Assembly (NCBI GenBank): GCA_003599755.1
Contig: QZJO01000009.1
Coordinates: 150,362-214,361, forward strand
DNA from: Candidatus Parcubacteria bacterium
GTDB lineage: Bacteria; Patescibacteriota; Minisyncoccia; Sungbacterales; SURF-37
Reading direction: 5' to 3'
DNA: 64,000 bases
Below the pieces are notes generated by a model. It was not told the origin of the DNA and searched no databases. It saw nothing but the letters and a program-made list of their open reading frames with translations. Shown here piece by piece: positions 18,004-27,173 of this stretch. The first letter of the stretch is position 1, and each line of letters starts with the position of its first letter. Both the position numbers and the translations under genes were made by a program.

Positions 18004-19170
18004 CTAGCGCCCGATGACGAGGCGCTTGCGAAAGAGCGTTTCGTTGAGCTCGAGCGCTTTGACGATCTCGAGCACCCTGTTGCTCGCGCGCCCGTCACCG
18101 TAGCGCCGGCCGCAGGAGGCGAGCGCGGCGCGGAAACCCGGATCGCGACCGACGAACTCGATCGCCTCGCGAATAGCCGGTACCGCCAGAGGAACGTCGC
18201 GAACATTCGCTTCCCGATCGCGTCCTTGCTGGCGCGCACCGATGTTCAAAGCGGGGAGACGGAAATACGGCGCCTCTACGAACGCTGCCGACGAATTCCC
18301 GAGCATCACCTCGGCGCCGGCCATCAGACCGAGAAAATCGAAATTCTCGATGTTCGGAAACAGCCGGAACCGCGGATGCCCTCGCCGCTGCTCCAGAACC
18401 TCGATGATTTCGTCATAGCCGGGATCCGAACACGGGTATACGGCGATCCACGTGTGGCCGCTCGCGATCGCCGCCGCACACACCCGTTCCGCGACTTCGC
18501 GGTTCTCCGATGCTCCGAGGAACGTATCGGGATGCAGGATGAGGATACCGTAGCGCTCGCCCGGGCCGATGCCGTAGCGCCCGGCCGCTTCGCCGGGCGG
18601 CGTATACATCTGGCGCAAGATACGATCGATGTAGAGCGAACCGACGGCGTGCACCCGCCATGATTCTTCACCGAGCGCCCGAATGCGGGAGGCCGCTTCT
18701 TCGGTCTCCGCGAAATGCACATGGGCGAGCTTCGTGATCGCGTGGCGCTGGATGTCGTCGATGTTGCCCGACACCTCGCCGCCCTGGGTATGCGTCACCG
18801 CAATACCGAGGGTTACTGCGGCAAGCGCCACGATGAGATGCTCCGCGCGATCGGCATGCACCATGACGATATCGGGCCGCTCGCGTTCGAGCAGGCGCGC
18901 GGCCTCGCTCATGCAGCGGCCGAGGTTTTCTGCCCGCACAAGCGCACTGCCTCCGCGTCCGGCCCCCATCTCGATGCGATGTATGGCGCGCGCGGGAAAA
19001 AGATTTTCTGCCTCCCGTACCGTCGCCCCGAACTCGGCGGCCAGATGCATGTCGCCGAGCAGGATCATGAGCTCGAGATCAGGATCGGCTTCGATCGCAC
19101 GCATGAGCGGTACATACGCGCCGAAGCCGCCGCGCTTTCCCGAAAAGGCGCAAATTTTTTTTGGCTTCAC
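18004..19170 (-). CDS. UDP-N-acetylglucosamine 2-epimerase family (NeuC/LegG/WecB-like)
   Basis: Epimerase_2-like layout, HTQGGEVSG motif; GTG start at 19168-19170 preceded by SD AGGGAGG. Confidence 0.7.
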   Translation of the reverse strand: MKPKKICAFSGKRGGFGAYVPLMRAIEADPDLELMILLGDMHLAAEFGATVREAENLFPARAIHRIEMGAGRGGSALVRAENLGRCMSEAARLLERERPDIVMVHADRAEHLIVALAAVTLGIAVTHTQGGEVSGNIDDIQRHAITKLAHVHFAETEEAASRIRALGEESWRVHAVGSLYIDRILRQMYTPPGEAAGRYGIGPGERYGILILHPDTFLGASENREVAERVCAAAIASGHTWIAVYPCSDPGYDEIIEVLEQRRGHPRFRLFPNIENFDFLGLMAGAEVMLGNSSAAFVEAPYFRLPALNIGARQQGRDREANVRDVPLAVPAIREAIEFVGRDPGFRAALASCGRRYGDGRASNRVLEIVKALELNETLFRKRLVIGR

Positions 19171-19244
19171 CGGCCGCCCTCCCTTCGTTCAAAGATCTTC
19201 GACGTGTTGCTTCCGATATTGGTATCGCCGATCGGCGATCGGTG

Positions 19245-20285
19245 TCAATGCTCTTGAACATAGATGTGTCGTGACAGCCGCAACGGCGGCGCGATCGCCG
19301 TCGGCGCGCCTCCTTCGACCCGAAACAGCGCTCGCCTGCCGCCCGGCGCATCATTCGCATCAATGCGCGCCAACAAGAGTGGTTCGGTCAACGATCGATT
19401 GAAGGCCCGCTCCATGGTAAATCCAATCTTCATGCCGGCCGCGCGCGCCGCATCGGCGACTGCGACATTCACCTGACTCGCCGTGCCATACGGATAGGAG
19501 ATGCTTCTGACGGCCTCGGGCCTGATTCCGGCCGCGCGCGCGACGGCATCGCGGCATATCCGGATATCCGCTGCGGCGTCATCCGGCTTCAGCAGTCCGA
19601 GCGGTCGATGCCGATAACCATGGATACCGAGGTATCCGCGCGCGGCTAGATCCTTAAGCCCCTCTTCCGATATGTACCACGCGCGGACGAATCCCGTATC
19701 GTCGCCGTGATGTTCCGTAAAAACATCGGCAACCAGACGTTCCTCAAGCTCTTGGCCCAAGACGCCTTTGGTAAGGACGTATTTCACGCGCGCATCTTCG
19801 AGCGCGTCATATGCGTATTGCGCGCGGACCATCGCGTCGGCAATGCCGAGCGATGCGAGGTCGAACGGCATCCCCGTTATCCGCGTATATGCCGTTCCGA
19901 TCTGCTCAAGCAATTCCGCGGGGGGCATATGCGCGCGGAGCCAATGAACCATATGGATATGGAGCGGTCGCTTCTCGGCATACGGCAATCCATTCGCGAA
20001 AAACAGGGCTGGGATGCCGAGCGCATCGAGTATTGGCAACGCAATCGCATATTGGTCCGCGAGGCCGTCATCAAACGTGATGACGCAGGCGCGTTCGGGA
20101 AGCGGTTGGTCTCCCGCGAGCGCCGCGAGGATATCGGCCTGGCCTACGAATGCGAATGCGCGCGCCAGTTCCTCAAGCTGGCGGCGAAACACGGCGGCGG
20201 AGATCGCATAGATCGCCGGATGCGGGTACGCCGCCTCGCCGATGTAATGATAATTGACGGCAAGTAACTGCATACCCGGTGGCAC
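19245..20285 (-). CDS. Polysaccharide deacetylase (NodB/CE4 homology domain)
   Basis: VITFDDGLADQY NodB motif 1. Confidence 0.65.
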   Translation of the reverse strand: MPPGMQLLAVNYHYIGEAAYPHPAIYAISAAVFRRQLEELARAFAFVGQADILAALAGDQPLPERACVITFDDGLADQYAIALPILDALGIPALFFANGLPYAEKRPLHIHMVHWLRAHMPPAELLEQIGTAYTRITGMPFDLASLGIADAMVRAQYAYDALEDARVKYVLTKGVLGQELEERLVADVFTEHHGDDTGFVRAWYISEEGLKDLAARGYLGIHGYRHRPLGLLKPDDAAADIRICRDAVARAAGIRPEAVRSISYPYGTASQVNVAVADAARAAGMKIGFTMERAFNRSLTEPLLLARIDANDAPGGRRALFRVEGGAPTAIAPPLRLSRHIYVQEH

Positions 20286-20397
20286 AACTTCGAAGTTAAC
20301 GAGTAAATCCCCTAACCGTGAAAACCGCTATGCGCATGCGACAACCACGCGGCGGCGGATCGGTGTGAAAAATTTTGAAGTAGCGCCGCCGGACATA

Positions 20398-21198
20398 TCA
20401 CGCGACGATGGGAAACCGCGCGTCGCGCCGGGCGCGGTCCGCAAGATACGCCGGGATCATGCCCTGGGCGAATCGCTCGCGCATGCGGCGGATAGCATCG
20501 GCGTTGAAATCGCGGTTGCGGAATAGTTTTCCGCCGCCTGGTTGCTGCAAAACGGGCAGCACGGACCCGGCGGCATAGTCCGCAAGCGTAGCCGCGAGCG
20601 TTCGCGCACCCGCCTCGATCGTGCGGCAGCCGATGGTATGACAGTCATCATCCGGACCCATCGCTGGCCGCACTTGCCGGAGAATCGGACCGGCATCCAC
20701 GCGCGCGCTGGCAAGATGAATCGTCGCGCCTACGCATTCGGGCTCGCCCTCGACGAGCGGCCAGAAGTTGGTCGCCGTGCCGCGATAGTATGGAGAGAGG
20801 CCGAGATGGATATTCACGACGCGGTCGGGAAACGCGTTCAGAAGCCGATCCTGAATAATGCTCGATCCGAAGAGCACCACGTACGTCGGCCGACGCTCTT
20901 GAATCCAGGCAAACGCGGCATCGCTGTTCGCTTCGCCGTGCGCAAGCGCCACCGTATGTTCGGCAGCAACCGGAAAGGATTGCGCCTGACCGAAAAACCG
21001 CTGCTCCGCCGCGGCGAATCCCTCAACGTGCTCGCGCATCAACGGATCGGATTCGGGCGCGGGCGCGGCACCGGCGCGCTTCCCTTCCGCGATCACGCCC
21101 GCAAGATCGCAAACGGCGGCCAGCGCGTACGCGAGAAACCGATGCCGCGGCTTGGTGCTGGTAATCAGTACGAGTGATGGACGAGTTGGCGCCCTCAT
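20398..21198 (-). CDS. Formyltransferase (Formyl_trans_N; sugar N-formyltransferase/Fmt-like)
   Basis: VLFGSSIIQDRLLNAFPDRVVNIHLGLSPYYRG (N10-formyl-THF binding HxSLLPxxxG-type motif); start taken at the internal ATG giving ATGA overlap (ORF extends to 21270). Confidence 0.7.
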   Translation of the reverse strand: MRAPTRPSLVLITSTKPRHRFLAYALAAVCDLAGVIAEGKRAGAAPAPESDPLMREHVEGFAAAEQRFFGQAQSFPVAAEHTVALAHGEANSDAAFAWIQERRPTYVVLFGSSIIQDRLLNAFPDRVVNIHLGLSPYYRGTATNFWPLVEGEPECVGATIHLASARVDAGPILRQVRPAMGPDDDCHTIGCRTIEAGARTLAATLADYAAGSVLPVLQQPGGGKLFRNRDFNADAIRRMRERFAQGMIPAYLADRARRDARFPIVA

Positions 21199-21959
21199 GC
21201 GTCGCGTTTTGTGCATGCGTATAATATATCGGTGCCGAACCAAGCGCGGAATCGCTCCCGTCCGAACCAAACGCGTTGAGCCCCCGCGACTTTGAGCCAG
21301 CCGAAGCGGCTCTGACGTAGTTTTGCGATATCTAGCGTATATTCGCGCGCGCGAATGCGGAACGCAGGCGAGAATATCTTCTCGACAAGCGCCGGAGTAA
21401 AAATAGCGATGTGGTTATTCTTCGTCGAGTAGCGTTCGAGCTCGCCGCTGCGCAGAAAATTCTTCCTACTGAGCAGTGAAGCGACGTTCGGCATAGACCA
21501 AAAGAATATGCCTCCGGGTTTCAACACGCGCGCGACTTCGCGGACGAAGTGAAACGGGTTTTCCAGATGCGGCAGCACGCACCATGCAGTAACGAGATCA
21601 AACGATGCATCCGGCCATGGCAGCGGATCGCTCGAAAGATCGGCAGTTTGAAAATCGCGAATCAGGCCGCGCTCGCGGATTTCCGACGCACGATAGTCGT
21701 CGATGTCCACGGCGGCGATCGTGCGGATGCCGATGCGTCCCAGTTCCTCTGCGAAGTAACCGCTTGCGGTTCCGCAATCGAGAGCGTGAAGCTCTGAAAA
21801 CAAGGGAAGCTCCGACCGCCACCGCTCAATAAATGCCGCACCAATCCCGGCTGCGTCGCCGAAATGCCCCTCGAGCGCCGCGCGGGCTTTCGCGGCGGCA
21901 GGGCCGCGGATTTCGGCCGCGGTCAAATACGGAAGCGTAATTCTGTCTTTCTTAGGCAT
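21195..21959 (-). CDS. Class I SAM-dependent methyltransferase
   Basis: LDCGTASGYFAEELG motif I, VLKPGGIFFWSMP; start at MPKKDRITL (ATG 21957-21959); the long upstream in-frame extension is judged non-coding. Confidence 0.7.
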   Translation of the reverse strand: MPKKDRITLPYLTAAEIRGPAAAKARAALEGHFGDAAGIGAAFIERWRSELPLFSELHALDCGTASGYFAEELGRIGIRTIAAVDIDDYRASEIRERGLIRDFQTADLSSDPLPWPDASFDLVTAWCVLPHLENPFHFVREVARVLKPGGIFFWSMPNVASLLSRKNFLRSGELERYSTKNNHIAIFTPALVEKIFSPAFRIRAREYTLDIAKLRQSRFGWLKVAGAQRVWFGRERFRAWFGTDILYACTKRDA

Positions 21960-23310
21960 GCGTGCGTATGCCGATATGCTCGAGAAGCGCGTCGGCCACG
22001 CGCTCGGATGCCTTTCCATCTGGGTCGCTGCCGTATTGTTCGCGGATGATACGCCGCCGGCCCTCGCGGTCGAGCGTCGGATCGGCCAGATACCGCCGAA
22101 TCCAGGCACGAAACTCGTCGGCGGTATCGGCGCGCGCAACACCCCCGCTTTCCAAAATAGCGCGGAAATGAATATACCCGTACGGCCGTACGCCTTCAAA
22201 GCCGGTCTTGGGCGTGCGGTGGAAATTGGCGATGATCGTCGGTTTGTCGAACAAAGCCGCCTCAATAGCGATCGTTGAGGGGCCCGTCACCACGAGATTC
22301 GCATGCCAGATGCCATTGACCAGCATCGCGTCGTCTTCGGGTGTAAGATCCCGATCGCCCACCCGGTTCGGGTCATAGGTAACGCCGGGGCGGTCAAAAT
22401 ACATATGCGGCGGCGGGACAAACCCCTCAAGGCCGCTTACGCGGTCTGCGGGCGGAAACCGCACGATGACATTCGCATCGAGCTCGGCCAGAATATCCAT
22501 CGCATAGCGGTCGACATCATTTTCGCGAATATAAAGGTCTCCTATGGGTGCGAAAAAAATCAGCGGCTTTGCGGGATCGGCGTTGATGCGCCTGAAAAAT
22601 TCTTCGCGCGGAATTTTCAGCCCTTTCAGATACTGATCATAGTGCGGAATACCGACCACGCGAATGCGCTCGGCCGGCATGCCGTCCAGTTCGATCGCCT
22701 CGCGCCGCAATCGCTCGCTCCATACGAGCAGCTCATCGGGAAAGATGCGCAATAAGCTATGGATGGTAAGGTTGTCCCAGGATCGCACCATGCCGATCGT
22801 CGGAATGCCGCGGCGCCGGGCATCATGCATGAGCGCGATATCGTTTTCGTTCAATATGTCCGTGGCAAACACTAAATCCGGGCGCATCCGATCGAGCAGA
22901 TCCCCGAACAGTTCGCGGGGCCCGAGCACGCGATCAAGCCACCGAACGATTCGCGGCGCGGCCTTGGTCCGGCCGATCGCTTGCGAACCGTAATAGAGCG
23001 CTCGATACCACCACGGCTTGCCCAGGTACATGAGGTATTCTTCACGAATCCGAATGCTTTCGGTCGCAAGCATCAAACGCGCAAGACGCTTGCAGAACAG
23101 TCCGCGGCGCGTGCGCGTCGGCCTGCTTGCGACAACGCCGACGATTTCGACATCCTGCCGGGCGAACCGATCCGTAAAGTAGGATACTTTATAATCCGGC
23201 ACAACGACGACGATCCGATGTCCTGCCGCGAGCAGGCGCGGAATGATATCGGTCGCGATGATGTTTCGGGAAATGAGGAGGTGGAAGCTCGTTATGAAGA
23301 TCGTTTTCAT
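21952..23310 (-). CDS. TagF/TagB-family (Glyphos_transf)-like protein, paralog 3
   Basis: VVGIPHYDQY, IFFAPIGD, TIAIEAALFDKPTIIANF; start MKTIFITSF chosen (ATGA overlap). Confidence 0.55.
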   Translation of the reverse strand: MKTIFITSFHLLISRNIIATDIIPRLLAAGHRIVVVVPDYKVSYFTDRFARQDVEIVGVVASRPTRTRRGLFCKRLARLMLATESIRIREEYLMYLGKPWWYRALYYGSQAIGRTKAAPRIVRWLDRVLGPRELFGDLLDRMRPDLVFATDILNENDIALMHDARRRGIPTIGMVRSWDNLTIHSLLRIFPDELLVWSERLRREAIELDGMPAERIRVVGIPHYDQYLKGLKIPREEFFRRINADPAKPLIFFAPIGDLYIRENDVDRYAMDILAELDANVIVRFPPADRVSGLEGFVPPPHMYFDRPGVTYDPNRVGDRDLTPEDDAMLVNGIWHANLVVTGPSTIAIEAALFDKPTIIANFHRTPKTGFEGVRPYGYIHFRAILESGGVARADTADEFRAWIRRYLADPTLDREGRRRIIREQYGSDPDGKASERVADALLEHIGIRTHA

Positions 23311-24683
23311 TCGTTCTTGTTCATGACGGCTAGGCGGCTTCGCGCGCCAAGAATCTTCGCGAGCCGCGCGCTCGCGCCCCCGTCCAGCCGCCAGGCCTCT
23401 TGGGTTACGATGCGTGCCCTGCCGGCGCGATCGAGCTCCGGATCGCTGCAATACCGTCCAATCCATTTCCGAAGCTCTTCAGGGCTTTCAGCAAAGCGGA
23501 TGCCGCCGGCGGCGCGCAATGAAGCAAAATGATCGTAATCGTAGTAACGCCGAATGCTCTCATAGTAGGGACGGTTCGGGGTCGGGTCAAAGGCGATCGC
23601 TATCGCCGGCGTATCGTAGACCGCGGCGTCGATGAGAATCGTTGAGGGGCCGCCAACCACGACTTCCGCAAATGCGAGCGAATCGCGCAGCACCTCATCG
23701 TCCTCCAGCGTCAATTCGTTGTGCTTGAATCCTTTGCCCGTCCCCAGCTGCCGCCCGGGCCGGTGCACGAGCGCGGCGGGCGGCAGATCGGCCGCGATGC
23801 GCATGCTATCGCTCGGCGGAAGCCGCACCACGATCCGCCATCCCGCAGGCAGCGCATCCGCCAACAGCCGGATGACGAATCCGTCCAGATCGTTTTGGCC
23901 CAAATACCGATCCCCGGTCGGCGCGTAGAGCACGAACCGCTCGTCCGGCCGAAGGCCGAGACGCGCGGCGAAATCAGCGCGCGCATGCGGCGGCGCGCCG
24001 CCGTACCGGTCATAATGCGGGATGCCGATGACCTGAAGCGCCCCGCGCGGAATGCCATGGTACCGCGCCGCTTCTTCCGCGACGAGCTCGTTATTGACGA
24101 CAAGCGTGTCCGGAATCGTACGGACGAGACCTTTCGCCGTCAGATTGTCCCAGGAACGCACCATACCGATCGTCGGCACGCCCGCATCGCGCGCCGCCTC
24201 GATAAGACGTGCATCGGCATCCTGTTGGACATCGGTTGCGAACACCGCATCCGGCCGATACGCGCGCACAATAGCGCCGAATGGCTCGCGCGGCGCGAGC
24301 CAGCGGCTTACCTGCCGGATCAACGCCTGCGCCCAGCGCCGGTTACCGATCAGACGGACGAGCAGCGCGCCGCGGCCGCCCAATTCGGTCTTGCGCTTAA
24401 TCGCCAGCGAATGGGTATCCGTCGCCGCGAGCGCGAGATAGCGCAGCGCGGCCTCAAACCGCGTTGATGCGAACGCGACCGGATGGATAATAAGGCCGGG
24501 TCGCAAAAATTCCGAAAGAAAAAACAATTGCTTCTCTACAGGAACCAGCAGAACGACGCGCGTCGCGCCATCGGCAAGCAACGCATCCAGAAGCGGCGAC
24601 GATATGATGTTACGAGAAATAAGGACGTGAAAACTCGTCATGAGTATCGTCCTCGGTCGAACGGTCGGTGGTTGGCTAGTCAT
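23307..24683 (-). CDS. TagF/TagB-family (Glyphos_transf)-like protein, paralog 4
   Basis: VIGIPHYDRY, FVLYAPTGDRY, TILIDAAVYDTPAIAIAF. Confidence 0.55.
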   Translation of the reverse strand: MTSQPPTVRPRTILMTSFHVLISRNIISSPLLDALLADGATRVVLLVPVEKQLFFLSEFLRPGLIIHPVAFASTRFEAALRYLALAATDTHSLAIKRKTELGGRGALLVRLIGNRRWAQALIRQVSRWLAPREPFGAIVRAYRPDAVFATDVQQDADARLIEAARDAGVPTIGMVRSWDNLTAKGLVRTIPDTLVVNNELVAEEAARYHGIPRGALQVIGIPHYDRYGGAPPHARADFAARLGLRPDERFVLYAPTGDRYLGQNDLDGFVIRLLADALPAGWRIVVRLPPSDSMRIAADLPPAALVHRPGRQLGTGKGFKHNELTLEDDEVLRDSLAFAEVVVGGPSTILIDAAVYDTPAIAIAFDPTPNRPYYESIRRYYDYDHFASLRAAGGIRFAESPEELRKWIGRYCSDPELDRAGRARIVTQEAWRLDGGASARLAKILGARSRLAVMNKNE

Positions 24684-24781
24684 GGGAAACGAGCGGAATG
24701 CGGATCCGCTCATTTATAATACGGCTTCCCTGCCTGCCCTGTTTCCTCCCCGTGCCTGTCGCGCTCGGAACTCTTTGTACG

Positions 24782-26053
24782 TTACTCTCGCCGTTCCGGG
24801 TCCGCAGTGAGCGGCGCTCCCTTGAGCACATGCTCAAAGATCGCAAGCTCGCGATCAGCATATTTTTCCCAGGTAAACGTCCGGCGCACGAATTCGGCCG
24901 CATATGCGCTGATGCGCTCGTAGCGCGCCGGGTCATCCACGAGCGCGCGCACTGAGCGCGCGATATCGGCCGGATCCATGGCATTGGCCAATAGGCCGTT
25001 TTTTTCTTCGTCAATAATTTCGTGGATGCCGGCACCTCGCGAAACGACCGGCACGAGGCCGCAGGCCATGGCTTCGGTCGGCGCGAGGCCGTCGGATTGC
25101 ATGGTATGCGGATAGAGAAAAATATCTGCCTCGTGGTACCGCTCGATCAATTCTTTTTCGGAAATGCGCTTGAGAAAAATCACGCGCTCGGCCAGCTTGA
25201 GCTCGTCCACGAGCTTGAATAGGCGCGCCGCATACTCGGGATCCCCTGCCGGATCGCCGATGATGCGCAGGATCGCATCATAGCCCTGATCGGCGAGAAT
25301 CCTGGTCGCGCGAATTGCGTCCTCGAACCGGCGGTGCGGAAAAAATATGCCGCTAGTCAGCAAGTTTACTTTTTTATCCTTGGGCGCGGTGCGCGGCTTG
25401 TACGTGAACTGCGCGAGATTCGGGCCGTTGCGGGCCACGAACGCTTCACGGCCAAAGTAATCGCGCACCGCTTTCTGGTTGAATTTATCCACGACCACGA
25501 TTGCATCAAGCGGCCGGATGAACCGCCAATTCTCGTACGCGTCACGCATGCGATAGATCCATTGTTTCAAGAGCGGCTGGACATAGCGGTCCGGATCCAC
25601 GGCCGCAAGTTTGTCGACCAGATGCCGCATAGAATGTGTGTCGTTCGTATTCCAGACCGCGGGCACGCGCCGGGTGACCCGCGCGCGGAAAAACTTCACT
25701 GCGCGATGCGCGACGCGGTCATGCACGTTCAAGAGATCAACGTCGGGCTTAATAAGCTTTGCCATCGCTCTGGCCGAGCGTGTTTCGTGGCCCATGGTGA
25801 GCAATGTCGCGGCATAGCGGCCGAGCGGAATTGAGCGCAGCGTTTTATATTCCGGATCACGCGCCTGTTGAGGATCGAGCGCGATCACGTCGAATCCTTC
25901 CAGTAAGTCCGGGTAACACGCTTCTTTGGAATAAAAAAACGGATAGATGGTCACCTCGTGTCCCCGCGCGCGAAATTGATTCGCGAGATACAAAAACAGC
26001 CGCTGCGTGCCGCCTTTCACGTCCAGGCGGCGGATGACCATGGCGATCTTCAT
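24782..26053 (-). CDS. Glycosyltransferase family 4 (GT-B, Glycos_transf_1)
   Basis: N-terminal glycine-rich RRLDVKGGTQR, C-terminal E-x7-E-like PTEAMACGLVPV. Confidence 0.8.
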   Translation of the reverse strand: MKIAMVIRRLDVKGGTQRLFLYLANQFRARGHEVTIYPFFYSKEACYPDLLEGFDVIALDPQQARDPEYKTLRSIPLGRYAATLLTMGHETRSARAMAKLIKPDVDLLNVHDRVAHRAVKFFRARVTRRVPAVWNTNDTHSMRHLVDKLAAVDPDRYVQPLLKQWIYRMRDAYENWRFIRPLDAIVVVDKFNQKAVRDYFGREAFVARNGPNLAQFTYKPRTAPKDKKVNLLTSGIFFPHRRFEDAIRATRILADQGYDAILRIIGDPAGDPEYAARLFKLVDELKLAERVIFLKRISEKELIERYHEADIFLYPHTMQSDGLAPTEAMACGLVPVVSRGAGIHEIIDEEKNGLLANAMDPADIARSVRALVDDPARYERISAYAAEFVRRTFTWEKYADRELAIFEHVLKGAPLTADPERRE

Positions 26054-26075
26054 AACAATGCTGGGACAAAATTCT

Positions 26076-26081
26076 TACGGG
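26076..26081 (-). promoter_or_regulatory. Perfect TATAAT -10 element ~36 nt upstream of GT4 gene start (divergent from the IMPase promoter)
   Basis: Reverse complement of ATTATA at 26076-26081; no convincing -35. Confidence 0.3.
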
Positions 26082-26129
26082 CTGATTATAGCGGAGTGCG
26101 GCCAAATCGCAATGATGCGCATATTCCTA

Positions 26130-26157
26130 TTGACAATTTACAGAAAAGATATACAGT
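26130..26157 (+). promoter_or_regulatory. Sigma-70-like promoter for the IMPase-family gene
   Basis: TTGACA (26130-26135), 16-nt spacer, TACAGT; AT-rich patch; GAGGTGA SD before GTG 26207. Confidence 0.4.
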
Positions 26158-26206
26158 TTTTACAGCCAAACTGCCCTTCGACAACTTCAACCAGCGAGGT
26201 GAAAGT

Positions 26207-26995
26207 GTGAACTACGTGAATGAACTCGAATTCGCGCAACGAACCGCCCTGGATGCCGGAGTCCTCCTGCTCGACTTCTTCGGCAAGGCCCAAGAAGTAG
26301 AGCAGAAGAGCCGGACCGACTTTCGCACGCGGGCGGATCGCGAAGCCGATCTCCTGATTCGCGGCCGCATCGAGAAGTATTACCCGCTCGATGCGATCAA
26401 TTCCGAGGAACTCGACGCCAAGGAAACCGGTTCGCAGCGGCGCTGGATCGTGGATCCGCTCGACGGCACGACCGGCTTCGTGCTCGGCGACTGGAATTTC
26501 TGCGTCGCCATCGGGCTCGCGGTGAATGGCAAGATGGTGCTCGGCGTGATCTACTGCCCGAAGCGCGAGACCTGTTACTGGGCTGCCGCGCATACTCCGG
26601 CGATTGCGTTGATCATCGGACGGGGCTGCACCGCCATTCGCGTCAGCGACGAGATCAATCTCAATCGCGCCATCATCGCGCTCGAACCCGGCAAGGCGCC
26701 GGGACGCGAGCGCAAGGCCGACATGGAACGCCGACTGCTGGCCGATGACGGCGCGCGCATCTCGCTGACCTGGGCCAGTGCGGCGGTATCGCTCGCCGCG
26801 GTAGCGGCGGGCAACCTCGACGGCTTCGTCGGCCACAAGCTCGAGCCCTGGGATATGGCCGCAGCCGTGCCCATTCTGCTCGAGGCCGGCGCAAAGGTCA
26901 CGAACATCGCCGGTGAACCCTGGCAGATCGGCGACGAATCCATCGTCGCCGCCAACCCCGCGCTGCACGATCAGATCCTCAGGCGGATCAACTGA
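26207..26995 (+). CDS. Inositol monophosphatase family protein (IMPase/SuhB/CysQ-like)
   Basis: WIVDPLDGT motif, ~263 aa if started at in-frame GTG 26207 (ORF extends upstream to 25958 but overlaps the GT4 gene). Confidence 0.7.
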   Translation: MNYVNELEFAQRTALDAGVLLLDFFGKAQEVEQKSRTDFRTRADREADLLIRGRIEKYYPLDAINSEELDAKETGSQRRWIVDPLDGTTGFVLGDWNFCVAIGLAVNGKMVLGVIYCPKRETCYWAAAHTPAIALIIGRGCTAIRVSDEINLNRAIIALEPGKAPGRERKADMERRLLADDGARISLTWASAAVSLAAVAAGNLDGFVGHKLEPWDMAAAVPILLEAGAKVTNIAGEPWQIGDESIVAANPALHDQILRRIN

Positions 26996-27055
26996 TCGGA
27001 CACCCCGGCATCAAGCTCGACTGACCGTCGAGCGCAGTACCTTCGAGAAAATCGA

Positions 27056-27096
27056 GCGCCCCACAGAGAAAGACCTCTGCGGGGCGCGTTCGTTTT
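27056..27096 (+). terminator. Intrinsic terminator after IMPase-family gene
   Basis: Stem GCGCCCCACAGAG/CTCTGCGGGGCGC (1 mismatch) followed by GUUCGUUUU. Confidence 0.55.
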
Positions 27097-27173
27097 AATC
27101 TCGCAACACCATGCGTGTACTATTAACACGCTATAGCATAATTACAGTACATAGCGTAACCCACTCATGATTT

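Noticed and set aside
21960-22265. ~100-codon N-terminal extension of the methyltransferase ORF 21195-22265
   Set aside because: The extension is low-complexity and overlaps the upstream TagF-like gene; the internal MPKKDRITL start gives a standard-size MTase immediately after the neighbour's stop.
26138-26968. 276-aa minus-strand ORF antisense to the IMPase-family gene
   Set aside because: Shadow ORF; the plus strand has the WIVDPLDGT IMPase motif.
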